Part shown: positions 1 through 8,390 of the stretch, one piece after another
Numbering within the stretch: the first letter of the stretch is position 1
Layout of the letters: each line of letters begins with the position of its first letter
Assembly (NCBI GenBank): GCA_963662945.1
Contig: OY759974.1
Span: 2,336,001-2,400,000 of the forward strand
Direction: 5' to 3'
Source: Arcobacteraceae bacterium
Lineage (GTDB): Bacteria > Campylobacterota > Campylobacteria > Campylobacterales > Arcobacteraceae
DNA length: 64,000 nucleotides
Position numbers and translations under genes: made by a program
The notes under the pieces: generated by a model
The model's database searches: none
What the model was told of the DNA's origin: nothing
The model's input: only the letters and a program-made list of their open reading frames with translations

Positions 1-807
1 CTGTTCATCTATTTGATTTGTTTTTTTATTAAAATATGATTCCTCTAATTTATTATTTGAAAACTTTTTTCTTAGGTTCATAACTATATAAGAGATATTA
101 TTTAGTGGTTGTCTAAATTGATGTGCAATATTCCCTATCATCTCTCCTGTTTTTGCGAGTTTTGATTGTTGTAATAACATATTTTCATAATCTGTTTTTT
201 GTTGTTGTAGGTTAGTGTATTTATAAGATATGGATATTGTAAACAAAATAGCTTCTAAAGCAAATGCCACTAAAACGATATCTAACAATCCAGACTCTGT
301 ATAGATATGTTTAAAATTAAATATAAAGAGTAGCAAACAAAATAGTGACCATCCTATTACATACACTAAAGTTGGTTTGTGTCCATCTTTAATATTAAAA
401 ATAACAGATATAAATAAAATAGCATAAATTACAGTATAGGGAATATATTCAAAAAGTATATAGTGGTAAAATGAGGTAAGTATTACGATATTTAAAAGTA
501 GGGTGTTTATGATAAGCTCTTTAGTGTTTTTAATAGTTGGTAGAAATTTACCTTTATAAAATGATAGGGCAAACACAATAGCACTAAATGTTGCAAGTAA
601 TAAAAATATATCTTGTGCTATTTTATTGTCATAAAAGAGGTTACTATATAATATTATATATCCTAAAGAGAAAACTTGCATAAAACAGTAGCTAATATAG
701 ATTAACTCTTTTGAGGCAATATATCTTATCAGAGTATAAACAATAGTCATAAAAACTATACCAAAAGTGATACCATAAAACAGTATCATGGTTATATCAT
801 AATTCAA
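1..807 (-). CDS. Membrane sensor histidine kinase (multi-TM, 7TM-DISM-like input plus HisKA); runs off the window start
   Basis: Not in the ORF track. Manual translation from TTG 807 (or ATG 789): MNYDITMILFYGITFGIVFMTIVYTLIRY..., several hydrophobic segments, then the H-box QQSKLAKTGEMIGNIAHQFRQPLNNIS. Open to position 1 and overlaps the upstream regulator stop. Confidence 0.9.
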   Translation of the reverse strand, partial: MNYDITMILFYGITFGIVFMTIVYTLIRYIASKELIYISYCFMQVFSLGYIILYSNLFYDNKIAQDIFLLLATFSAIVFALSFYKGKFLPTIKNTKELIINTLLLNIVILTSFYHYILFEYIPYTVIYAILFISVIFNIKDGHKPTLVYVIGWSLFCLLLFIFNFKHIYTESGLLDIVLVAFALEAILFTISISYKYTNLQQQKTDYENMLLQQSKLAKTGEMIGNIAHQFRQPLNNISYIVMNLRKKFSNNKLEESYFNKKTNQIDEQ

Positions 808-1462
808 TTTTATATCCTGTACCAGAGAGATTAGAAATAGTATCTTTTGGGAGTTTTGATTTTAGATTTTTAATAACAGTTTTAAGTGCATCTTTTGTCA
901 TAACAGAATCATACCAAATATAATTTTCTATCTCTTCATAAGTAACATATCTTGTCTTATTTTTAATAAGAAGTGAGAGTAAGTCTAACTCTTTCGTACG
1001 AAGTTTCACAATCTCATTATTAGTGATCAAAGTTTGATTATAAGTATCAAATAAAGTATTCTTGGAAAGATTAACTATATTTGTATTGTTGTTTTTAATG
1101 TTTTCTATACATAAGTTTATAGCTTCATCAAATTCTTTTTCTTCAATAGGTTTTACTAAATACTTGATGAGTTTAAGTTCGATTGCTTGAAATAAATATT
1201 CTTTATCACTATATGCCGTAGTGATAATAACTTGTGTTGTATCATCTTTTTCTCGTATTTTTTTTACAAACTCCAAACCATTTATTTTTGGCATATTTAT
1301 ATCTGTAATAATAATATCTGGTTTATGAATATTGTATAGACTCAAAGCATCAATAGCATTTGAAGCATCATAAATTGTATCAAAATAGTTTTCTAAATAT
1401 TCAATACCATTTTCACGAGCTATCTCATCATCTTCTACATAGAGTACAGTTATATTTTTCAC
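797..1462 (-). CDS. OmpR/PhoB-family response regulator (REC plus winged helix)
   Basis: LYVEDD...IITDINMPKINGLE...ITTAY...KYLVKP receiver motifs; C-terminal ALKTVIKNLKSKL...GTGYKI wHTH; GTG start. Confidence 0.92.
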   Translation of the reverse strand: MKNITVLYVEDDEIARENGIEYLENYFDTIYDASNAIDALSLYNIHKPDIIITDINMPKINGLEFVKKIREKDDTTQVIITTAYSDKEYLFQAIELKLIKYLVKPIEEKEFDEAINLCIENIKNNNTNIVNLSKNTLFDTYNQTLITNNEIVKLRTKELDLLSLLIKNKTRYVTYEEIENYIWYDSVMTKDALKTVIKNLKSKLPKDTISNLSGTGYKIEL

Positions 1463-1590
1463 GAATTTATTTTCTCTTAATTATGTGCAATTTACCTAAA
1501 CATAGATAGTCTTTTATTGTATCTTTTTTCAAATTTATTTGGACTTATAATAGGTTGATACTATTATCTTAATCTATTTAAAATATCTAA

Positions 1591-1687
1591 AACTCCTATC
1601 CCAAATATTTCCTCGTTCCAGTTCTCTTGAGGTGGAATAAGAAATTTATTCATCTAGGCACTATTCACTTTGATAGAGCCTTTTTTT
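1591..1687 (+). ncRNA. Candidate small RNA (~97 nt) with intrinsic terminator
   Basis: TAAAAT -10-like box at 1579-1584; CU-rich 5' end (ACUCCUAUCCC); central imperfect stem; hairpin 1656-1681 followed by T7. The downstream gene has its own TGgTATAGT at 1716-1724. Confidence 0.4.
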
Positions 1688-1759
1688 ATTCCCACATTTG
1701 AGAGGTTAAGATATATGGTATAGTTTTTGAATATTAAAAAATAAACACAAAGGAATTCT

Positions 1760-2089
1760 ATGGTTTGTAAATTTCAAGAGATAAGTGATTTTTTTCAAAA
1801 GTATCCACAACTTATAGATGGCATTCAAGAACAAGAGTTGCAAGAGTTATTTGAAACATTCCCACATGCATGTAAATTTGTAAAATCACTTGATGAGGAT
1901 ATTGTTAATTGTGATAATTTGGAAGTAGTATCAGGGAAAACTTTAGAACTACTTGATAATGCGTATGAACACGAATATACAAAAGATGATATTACAAATT
2001 TTGCTGGTGCTATATGCAAAGTATTTGATATTGTTAAAGCACCAAAATATCATGTTCCATTTATTATAGTTATGTTGTCTAAACTCTGA
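1760..2089 (+). CDS. Hypothetical protein, acidic, 109 aa
   Basis: ORF with AAGGA RBS and an extended -10 upstream; no recognisable motif. Confidence 0.75.
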   Translation: MVCKFQEISDFFQKYPQLIDGIQEQELQELFETFPHACKFVKSLDEDIVNCDNLEVVSGKTLELLDNAYEHEYTKDDITNFAGAICKVFDIVKAPKYHVPFIIVMLSKL

Positions 2090-2116
2090 TAGTAACTGTT
2101 GTTATGTAAACAATTA

Positions 2117-2962
2117 CTATCTTATCTCAAACTTCAACTCCTCTAGTCTAGCAATCCTATCTGCAGTTGTAGGATGTGTTCTAAATAAATCTCCAAAACT
2201 TATATTATGTCCACTAAATGGATTGACTATAAACATATGAGCACTCTCTTGTGTTGCGTTATGAAGTGTCCCTCTTTGTGCATATTGTTCAAGTTTTGAA
2301 AGAGCTGATTGTAAAAACTCAGGAGCACCAGTAAGTCTTGCTGCACCTTCATCTGCCATAAACTCTCTACTTCTACTTACACTCATTTGTACAATTGAGG
2401 CTGCTATTGGTAAAAGAATAGCTAAAAGTATCATCACAATTGGATGACCACCTCTTTGGTTGTTTCCACCAAAAAATGCATTAAATTGCATAATATTTGC
2501 TATCCAAGCAATAGCACCTGCAACAGTTGCTGCAATAGTTCCTATAAGTATGTCATAATGTTTAACATGTGATAATTCATGAGCGATAACCGCTTCTATC
2601 TCTTTTTCAGTAAGTATTTCTAACAAGCCACTTGTAACTGCAACGGCAGCATTCTTTGGGTTTCTCCCAGTTGCAAAAGCATTTGGAATATTATCTTGGA
2701 TGATATACACTTTTGGCATTGGAATATTTGCTTTATTTATAAGTCTAGCAACTATTTTGTAGATAAAGTGATTTGTTGAAAGTTCTTGTGCTTCATAGTG
2801 TGCTAAAACTTGTTTATCTGAATAATAATATGCATAAAAATTCATAGCACCTACAATAATGAGTGCTATCATAGCTCCATTATTTCCTGCAAAATAAAAT
2901 CCAACAGTTACAAATATAATTGAAAGCAATGATAATAAAAATATTGTTTTAATTTGTTCCAT
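2117..2962 (-). CDS. htpX: Zinc metalloprotease HtpX (M48)
   Basis: [16 protein letters not shown] (HExxH), [13 protein letters not shown] and THPTTADRI motifs. Start moved to ATG 2962 (MEQIKT), which has a GAGGA RBS. Confidence 0.95.
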   Translation of the reverse strand: MEQIKTIFLLSLLSIIFVTVGFYFAGNNGAMIALIIVGAMNFYAYYYSDKQVLAHYEAQELSTNHFIYKIVARLINKANIPMPKVYIIQDNIPNAFATGRNPKNAAVAVTSGLLEILTEKEIEAVIAHELSHVKHYDILIGTIAATVAGAIAWIANIMQFNAFFGGNNQRGGHPIVMILLAILLPIAASIVQMSVSRSREFMADEGAARLTGAPEFLQSALSKLEQYAQRGTLHNATQESAHMFIVNPFSGHNISFGDLFRTHPTTADRIARLEELKFEIR

Positions 2963-3012
2963 TATAATCCTCTTATTTATTTTATTTTTTATAATAAAAT
3001 AGTAGCCAAATA

Positions 3013-3039
3013 TTAGCACTTGAAATCTTATAGTGCTAA
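3013..3039. promoter_or_regulatory. CIRCE-like inverted repeat (putative HrcA operator) upstream of htpX
   Basis: TTAGCACTT-GAAATCTTA-TAGTGCTAA versus consensus TTAGCACTC-N9-GAGTGCTAA: 16/18 match with an exact 9-nt spacer. Confidence 0.75.
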
Positions 3040-3131
3040 ATTAATTTATAACTTAAATATTTATTTTAATCTTGTAGTATGTAGTTAATATTTTATATAA
3101 TTTTAGTTACTATATTAAAAACTTTCTAGGG

Positions 3132-4286
3132 ATGAAAATGTTTGATACACTTACAGCATTATATGTTGAAGATGAAATTTTGGTTAGTGATATGGTGTTA
3201 GGATTACTTCAGAAATTTTTTAAAGAAGTAATGTTTGCACAAAATGGTCAAGAAGGATTGGATATATATTCTCAATATCAAGATAAAATTGACATTATCA
3301 TTACGGACATTAATATGCCTAAAATGGATGGTTTACAAATGTGTTCAAAAGTTAGAGAAATTGATCAAACAATCCCAATCATAATTACAACAGCGTATAA
3401 CGACAAGGATTTTTTACATCAAGCAATTGAATTAGGTGTATCAAAATTTGTAACAAAACCTATGGATATGTCCTTACTTCTTGATAGTATTAAAAAAAGT
3501 GTTGAACCTATACTTTTAAAACAAAATTTAGAAAAAGAAAGAGAATTGTACGAGGAAGAGAGAGTAAGAAATGCTAAGTTTGCCGCAACTGGAGAATTAG
3601 CAGCCGGTATAACACATGAAATAAACACACCACTTACATATATTAAAGCCAACTTTGAAATGTTAGGTTATGATATCGAAGATTTACCTGACTCTAAAGA
3701 AAAAGACAATATACAAAAATCATTAGAAAAAATTAATGATGGTTTACATAGAATAGAAAATATTGTAGGTTCAATGCGAGAGATGTCTCAACAATCTACA
3801 GTGAACAAAGAAAAAGTAAATATATATTCTACAATTATTACGGCAGCAACATTAGCATATAATAAAATAAAACATATTTCTCATGTGTATATAAACGGAA
3901 AAGAATTTAATTTAGATATGGATAAAAATGAATTTGAATTTATAGCAGAGGCACAATTACAAAGAATTGAACAAGTATGGATTATTATCATCAATAATGC
4001 GATGGATGAGTTAATGAAAATGGAAAAGTTTGATGATAGAAAACTAGACATTAGTATCAGCTCTGAAGATGAAAATATAGTTATTGTATTTAAGGATAAT
4101 GCAGGAGGGATTGATATAAATGTAATGCCCCATATTTTTGAACCATTTAAAGGAACGAAGAAATCATCAGGAATGGGGATAGGATTAAGTATAGCAAAAA
4201 AAATTATACAAGAGCAAGGGGATTGTAAAATAGAGGCATATAATGAAGATAATGGAGCAGTTTTTAAAATTACGTTAAAAAAATAA
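3132..4286 (+). CDS. Cytoplasmic hybrid REC-histidine kinase (REC-HisKA-HATPase)
   Basis: N-terminal receiver (LYVEDE, ITDINMP, KFVTKP); H-box GELAAGITHEINTPL; N box IINNAMD; G boxes DNAGGI and GMGIGLSI. Confidence 0.92.
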   Translation: MKMFDTLTALYVEDEILVSDMVLGLLQKFFKEVMFAQNGQEGLDIYSQYQDKIDIIITDINMPKMDGLQMCSKVREIDQTIPIIITTAYNDKDFLHQAIELGVSKFVTKPMDMSLLLDSIKKSVEPILLKQNLEKERELYEEERVRNAKFAATGELAAGITHEINTPLTYIKANFEMLGYDIEDLPDSKEKDNIQKSLEKINDGLHRIENIVGSMREMSQQSTVNKEKVNIYSTIITAATLAYNKIKHISHVYINGKEFNLDMDKNEFEFIAEAQLQRIEQVWIIIINNAMDELMKMEKFDDRKLDISISSEDENIVIVFKDNAGGIDINVMPHIFEPFKGTKKSSGMGIGLSIAKKIIQEQGDCKIEAYNEDNGAVFKITLKK

Positions 4287-4309
4287 TTTACTTAAAATAA
4301 AGGAACTAT

Positions 4310-4675
4310 ATGAAAAAAGTAATGATTATCGATGATGAATTAGATATTTTAGATGTTTTAGAAAGATTTTTATCAAGAAAAGGTAAATTGGAAGTAGAAA
4401 CTTATTCAAATGCAGAATCTGCTTTAAAAAAATTACGAGCAAAGCCCTATGATCTTATTTTATCTGATATTATGATGCCATTAGTAAGTGGCATAGATAT
4501 ACTTAAAGAAGTAAAAAGCTTTAAACCAAATAGTAAAATAATACTAATGACAGCATATAGTAGCCAAACAAAAATTGATATAAGTGAAAAATTTGGGATT
4601 GATGAATATATTAAAAAACCATTTGAGAATTTAAATGAAGTTGAAAAGAAAATATATTTTTTATTAGGTATATAA
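4310..4675 (+). CDS. Single-domain response regulator (CheY-like REC)
   Basis: IIDDE, LSDIMMP, LMTAY, YIKKPF; no output domain. Confidence 0.92.
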   Translation: MKKVMIIDDELDILDVLERFLSRKGKLEVETYSNAESALKKLRAKPYDLILSDIMMPLVSGIDILKEVKSFKPNSKIILMTAYSSQTKIDISEKFGIDEYIKKPFENLNEVEKKIYFLLGI

Positions 4676-4751
4676 TGGCGACCCCGATAAGATTCGAACT
4701 TATGTTTACTGGAGGAAATCCAGTCGTCCTTGGCCACTAGACGACAGGGTC
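4676..4751 (-). tRNA. tRNA-Glu (anticodon UUC), atypical (C37, A32-U38, A/U-rich T-stem), CCA encoded
   Basis: Reverse complement GACCCTG TC GTCT AGTGGCCAA GGAC G ACTGG ATTTCCT CCAGT AAAC ATAAG TTCGAAT CTTAT CGGGGTC G CCA folds into a complete 76-nt cloverleaf. Minus-strand TATAAT at 4766-4771. Confidence 0.93.
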
Positions 4752-4793
4752 ATTTGAAAAATGGCATTATAGTATAAGGGGAGTTTATGATAG

Positions 4794-4816
4794 CTTAAGG
4801 ATGTAATATCCTTAAG
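4794..4816 (-). terminator. Hairpin at the trpA 3' end
   Basis: CTTAAGGAT-GTAAT-ATCCTTAAG perfect 9-bp inverted repeat overlapping the trpA stop; weak U-tract. Confidence 0.45.
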
Positions 4817-5552
4817 AGTTTATTTGTTCTTTAATATTTGAAGCTATTTGCGTTATTCTCTTTATCTTTTCATTATTGCTTAAACTAGTATCTATAAGAT
4901 GTTTTACAAAAGCACTACCAACAATAACTCCATCTACATTTTTAGCTTTTTCTTGTGCGTTTTTTTCATCAACACCAAAACCTAAGTAAATAGGTGTAGA
5001 TGTTGAAGTTCTAATGTTTTCAATGATCTCTGTTAAATCTTCATTTGCACCACTTCCAGTAATTCCAGCATAAGCAACCATATAAATAAATTTTTGACTA
5101 TTTTCTGTAATAGTTTTTATTCTCTCTAGACTATCTGTTGGTGCTACAAAACTAATAATAGTTTGATCATATTTTCCAAAAAGTTCTCTAAAAGGTTCAG
5201 CCTCTTCATGTGGTAAATCTGGAATAATAGAACCTTGTATTCCATATTCTTTTCCTTTTGCCAAAAACTTTTCTAAGCCATAATGAAAAAATGGATTCAT
5301 GTATCCCATCCATAAGGTATCCATTTTAGGTGCAACTTGACTTGTTATCTCAAATAAATCTTTTAATTTAAAACCATTTTGGAGTGCCAATAAACTTGCT
5401 TTTTCTATTACTGGACCATCTGCAACTGGATCTGAAAAAGGAATACCTAATTCTAAGGTATCAACACCAGCTTCTTGCATGCTTAAGGCTAAATCAACTG
5501 TAAAGTTATTACTAGGGAGAGATGCGGTTATAAATCCAACTAATTTTTTCAT
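4812..5552 (-). CDS. trpA: Tryptophan synthase alpha subunit
   Basis: LELGIPFSDPVADGPVI, GITG, LGFGV, DGVIVGSAFV; start set at MKKLVG (AGGA RBS). Confidence 0.96.
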   Translation of the reverse strand: MKKLVGFITASLPSNNFTVDLALSMQEAGVDTLELGIPFSDPVADGPVIEKASLLALQNGFKLKDLFEITSQVAPKMDTLWMGYMNPFFHYGLEKFLAKGKEYGIQGSIIPDLPHEEAEPFRELFGKYDQTIISFVAPTDSLERIKTITENSQKFIYMVAYAGITGSGANEDLTEIIENIRTSTSTPIYLGFGVDEKNAQEKAKNVDGVIVGSAFVKHLIDTSLSNNEKIKRITQIASNIKEQINS

Positions 5553-5651
5553 TTTATTCCTAAAGTTATTAATCTTATGATAATTGTATATTGGATACAA
5601 TCATAACATAATATATATAACAAATTTATGATACTTAGAATAAGGGATAAG

Positions 5652-6440
5652 ATGAAAAAGCAATCTATTACATCTATACAAAAGTCAAAAGGTCTACAAA
5701 AGCTTACAATGATTACTGCTTACGATGCACTTTTCGCAAGATTATTTGATGGAGAAGTTGATTTCATATTGGTTGGTGATAGTTTAAATATGAGTTTTGC
5801 AGGAAAAAAAGATACATTAAGTGCTACTATGGATCAAATGATATATCATACACAAGCAGTATGTAATGGGGCAAAAAATAGTTTTATTATATGTGATATG
5901 CCATTTGGTACATATTCAGATATGGATAGTGCTTTTTTAAATGCAAAAAGAGTTTATCAAGAAACAAATGCTGATGCAGTTAAAATAGAAGGTGGAATTG
6001 AAAAAGCACATATCGTTAAACATCTTACAGATAACTCAATAGCTGTTGTTGGGCATATTGGGTTAATGCCACAAAACTTTAGAAGTGAAGGTGGATATAA
6101 AGTTAAAGGAAAAGATGAAGACAATATCAAAAGACTTATTAATGATGCACAGGCTATAGAACATGCTGGCGCATTTATGATTGTTCTTGAAGGCGTAAAA
6201 AGTGAAGCAGCAAAAGCCATTACAGAAGCTATTTCTATTCCAGTGATTGGTATAGGAGCTGGTGTTGACACAGATGGACAAGTGTTAGTTTGGTCTGATA
6301 TGTTTGGTTTTTTTGAAGAGTTTAAACCAAAATTTGTAAGACAATATTTAGATGGTGCAAGCTTGATTAAAAACTCTTTAAAAAAATATAAAACTGATGT
6401 TGTAAATAAAGATTTTCCTTCTATTTCTGAAGTATATTAA
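5652..6440 (+). CDS. panB: 3-methyl-2-oxobutanoate hydroxymethyltransferase
   Basis: TMITAYD, ILVGDSL, DMPFG, AVKIEGG, GHIGLMPQ, IGIGAG..DGQVLV. Confidence 0.97.
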   Translation: MKKQSITSIQKSKGLQKLTMITAYDALFARLFDGEVDFILVGDSLNMSFAGKKDTLSATMDQMIYHTQAVCNGAKNSFIICDMPFGTYSDMDSAFLNAKRVYQETNADAVKIEGGIEKAHIVKHLTDNSIAVVGHIGLMPQNFRSEGGYKVKGKDEDNIKRLINDAQAIEHAGAFMIVLEGVKSEAAKAITEAISIPVIGIGAGVDTDGQVLVWSDMFGFFEEFKPKFVRQYLDGASLIKNSLKKYKTDVVNKDFPSISEVY

Positions 6441-6513
6441 AATATTTAGCTAATTATTAGTTTTTAATAAAATATCGATATAATAAATTTTAAGTATATA
6501 AAAGGATGGTCTG

Positions 6514-8319
6514 ATGGATAGTAAGAGAAGTATATTAACTGCACTTGCAATTGCAATGGCAGTAATTTTTTTAGCAATGATTATTAATATTACTATGAAC
6601 TTAAGAGACTTCGGGTTTAATAGTGCAAAAACTAAAGCACAATTAGTTGCTGATAGTGTTAAAAATGGCTTAACTGCACATATGGTAAATGGAATTATGG
6701 AGAATAGAGACTTCTACATTAACCAAACAAAAAACTTACAACATATTGATGATATTTGGATTGTAAGGTCTCACACTGTAAATAAACAATATGGAGAAGG
6801 TAAAGAACTTATACATGATAATATTGATAAAGAAGTTTTGAAAACTGGCGTATCAGTTGAAAAAATAAATGAAGAGTTACTTGGACATAGCACTTATCGT
6901 ATTACTATACCTTACAAAGCAGAAATTACAAAAGAGATTAATTGTTTATCTTGTCATGAAGCAAAAGTTGGCGATGTTTTAGGTGTTATATCTATGGTGA
7001 TGACTATGGATGATATTAAACAAATGAGTATAAAAATTATTGCTTTAACTTCATTTATATCATTATTTTTAATACTTTTCATTATATGGTTTGTAAAACG
7101 ATTAATAGTGCCATATCTTTCTATATTTGATTCTATTAAAGATGTAATGAAACGAGCACATAATGGTGATTATAGTGCAAGAATTGAAGAATTTAATAGT
7201 GGTGAAGCAAAAAATGTTGCACATTGGATTAATGAACATATGAGTAAATTACAAAGTATTTTAGTCAATATTGAAGATAAAATAGATATTTTCCTTACAG
7301 CACATAAATCGAATAGTGTATTAGATCCTATGGTTGATGTACAAAATACAGTATCAAGGTTAGCAGATATTTATAGATTTAGAAAAACTATTGAACATGA
7401 TGAAAGTATTGAAGAAGTATATAAAAGAATTGCTACAATACTTGAAGATAAGTTTAAATTAACTGATTTTAATTTTCTTGAAGCAGATACAACAAATAAA
7501 AAAGTGGAAGTTGTTTATGTAAATAAAGAATTAAAATGTGACCCGCTAGCAAAAGGATGTCGTGCAGATAGAACAAATACTTTAGTAGATTCTTGTCAGT
7601 TTAAAAAAGTATGTGGTGCAATAGATGAAGAAAATTCATATTTATGCATTCCTTATTCAATATCAAATGATATGGATTTTGTTATTTCTATAAGTACTGC
7701 TTCAAAAGAAGAAAACGAAAAATTAAGAGAGATGTTGCCTTTTATTCAAGATTATGTTGATGCTGCAAAACCTGAAATTGTAAGTAAAAAGCTGATGCAA
7801 ATTCTTGAAAAAAATGCAAGTACAGATCCTCTGACAGGTTTATATAATAGAAAATATCTTGAAAGATATATTGACGGTTCATTATATAGCGGTATGTATA
7901 AAAATATACCTTGTGGATTAATGATGGTAGATATAGATTTCTTTAAACTTATTAATGATAATTATGGGCATGACATAGGAGATATTGCTATAAAAACTAT
8001 TGCAAATACTCTCATGGATGTTATTGGTGATACTGATGTTGTAATTAGATTTGGTGGTGAAGAATTTATTGTTATATTAAATAACTGTACAGAAGAACGA
8101 CTTCATGATACAGCTGAAAAAATTAGAATAGCATTCTCTCAACAAAAAATACAAGCAGGTGCAGAAATCTTTAGTAAAACAGTTAGTATTGGAACAGCAT
8201 TATTCCCAAATAAAGATCACAGTTTCTGGAAATATGTAAAACAAAGTGATGTTGCTTTATACCAAGCAAAACATTCAGGAAGAAATAAAGTAGTAAGATT
8301 TGAAGAGGGGATGGAATAA
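6514..8319 (+). CDS. Membrane diguanylate cyclase with periplasmic heme-c (CxxCH) sensor, HAMP-like and Cys-rich GAF-like regions
   Basis: Two TM segments flanking CLSCH; TDPLTGLYNR, DIDFFK..ND.YGH..GD and RFGGEEF motifs. Confidence 0.92.
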   Translation: MDSKRSILTALAIAMAVIFLAMIINITMNLRDFGFNSAKTKAQLVADSVKNGLTAHMVNGIMENRDFYINQTKNLQHIDDIWIVRSHTVNKQYGEGKELIHDNIDKEVLKTGVSVEKINEELLGHSTYRITIPYKAEITKEINCLSCHEAKVGDVLGVISMVMTMDDIKQMSIKIIALTSFISLFLILFIIWFVKRLIVPYLSIFDSIKDVMKRAHNGDYSARIEEFNSGEAKNVAHWINEHMSKLQSILVNIEDKIDIFLTAHKSNSVLDPMVDVQNTVSRLADIYRFRKTIEHDESIEEVYKRIATILEDKFKLTDFNFLEADTTNKKVEVVYVNKELKCDPLAKGCRADRTNTLVDSCQFKKVCGAIDEENSYLCIPYSISNDMDFVISISTASKEENEKLREMLPFIQDYVDAAKPEIVSKKLMQILEKNASTDPLTGLYNRKYLERYIDGSLYSGMYKNIPCGLMMVDIDFFKLINDNYGHDIGDIAIKTIANTLMDVIGDTDVVIRFGGEEFIVILNNCTEERLHDTAEKIRIAFSQQKIQAGAEIFSKTVSIGTALFPNKDHSFWKYVKQSDVALYQAKHSGRNKVVRFEEGME

Positions 8320-8390
8320 GATTGCAATTTGTTAAGTATTTTAACTTTCGTTTGAATTTGTGGTATAGTTCTAAAAAATAGGATTATAAA

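Noticed and set aside
2963-4675. Possible genomic islet integrated at the tRNA 3' end
   Set aside because: No duplicated tRNA 3' segment and no integrase seen.
4447-4737. 96-aa minus-strand ORF (MAKDDW...)
   Set aside because: It runs through the tRNA and antisense to the receiver gene; a shadow ORF.
4676-4751. Reading the tRNA as Gly(UCC) or as a pseudogene
   Set aside because: The standard 5-bp stem and 7-nt loop put UUC at 34-36, Glu identity elements are present, and stems and promoter are intact.
5575-5605. Imperfect inverted repeat between trpA and panB
   Set aside because: Almost all A/T with a bulge; cannot be distinguished from chance.
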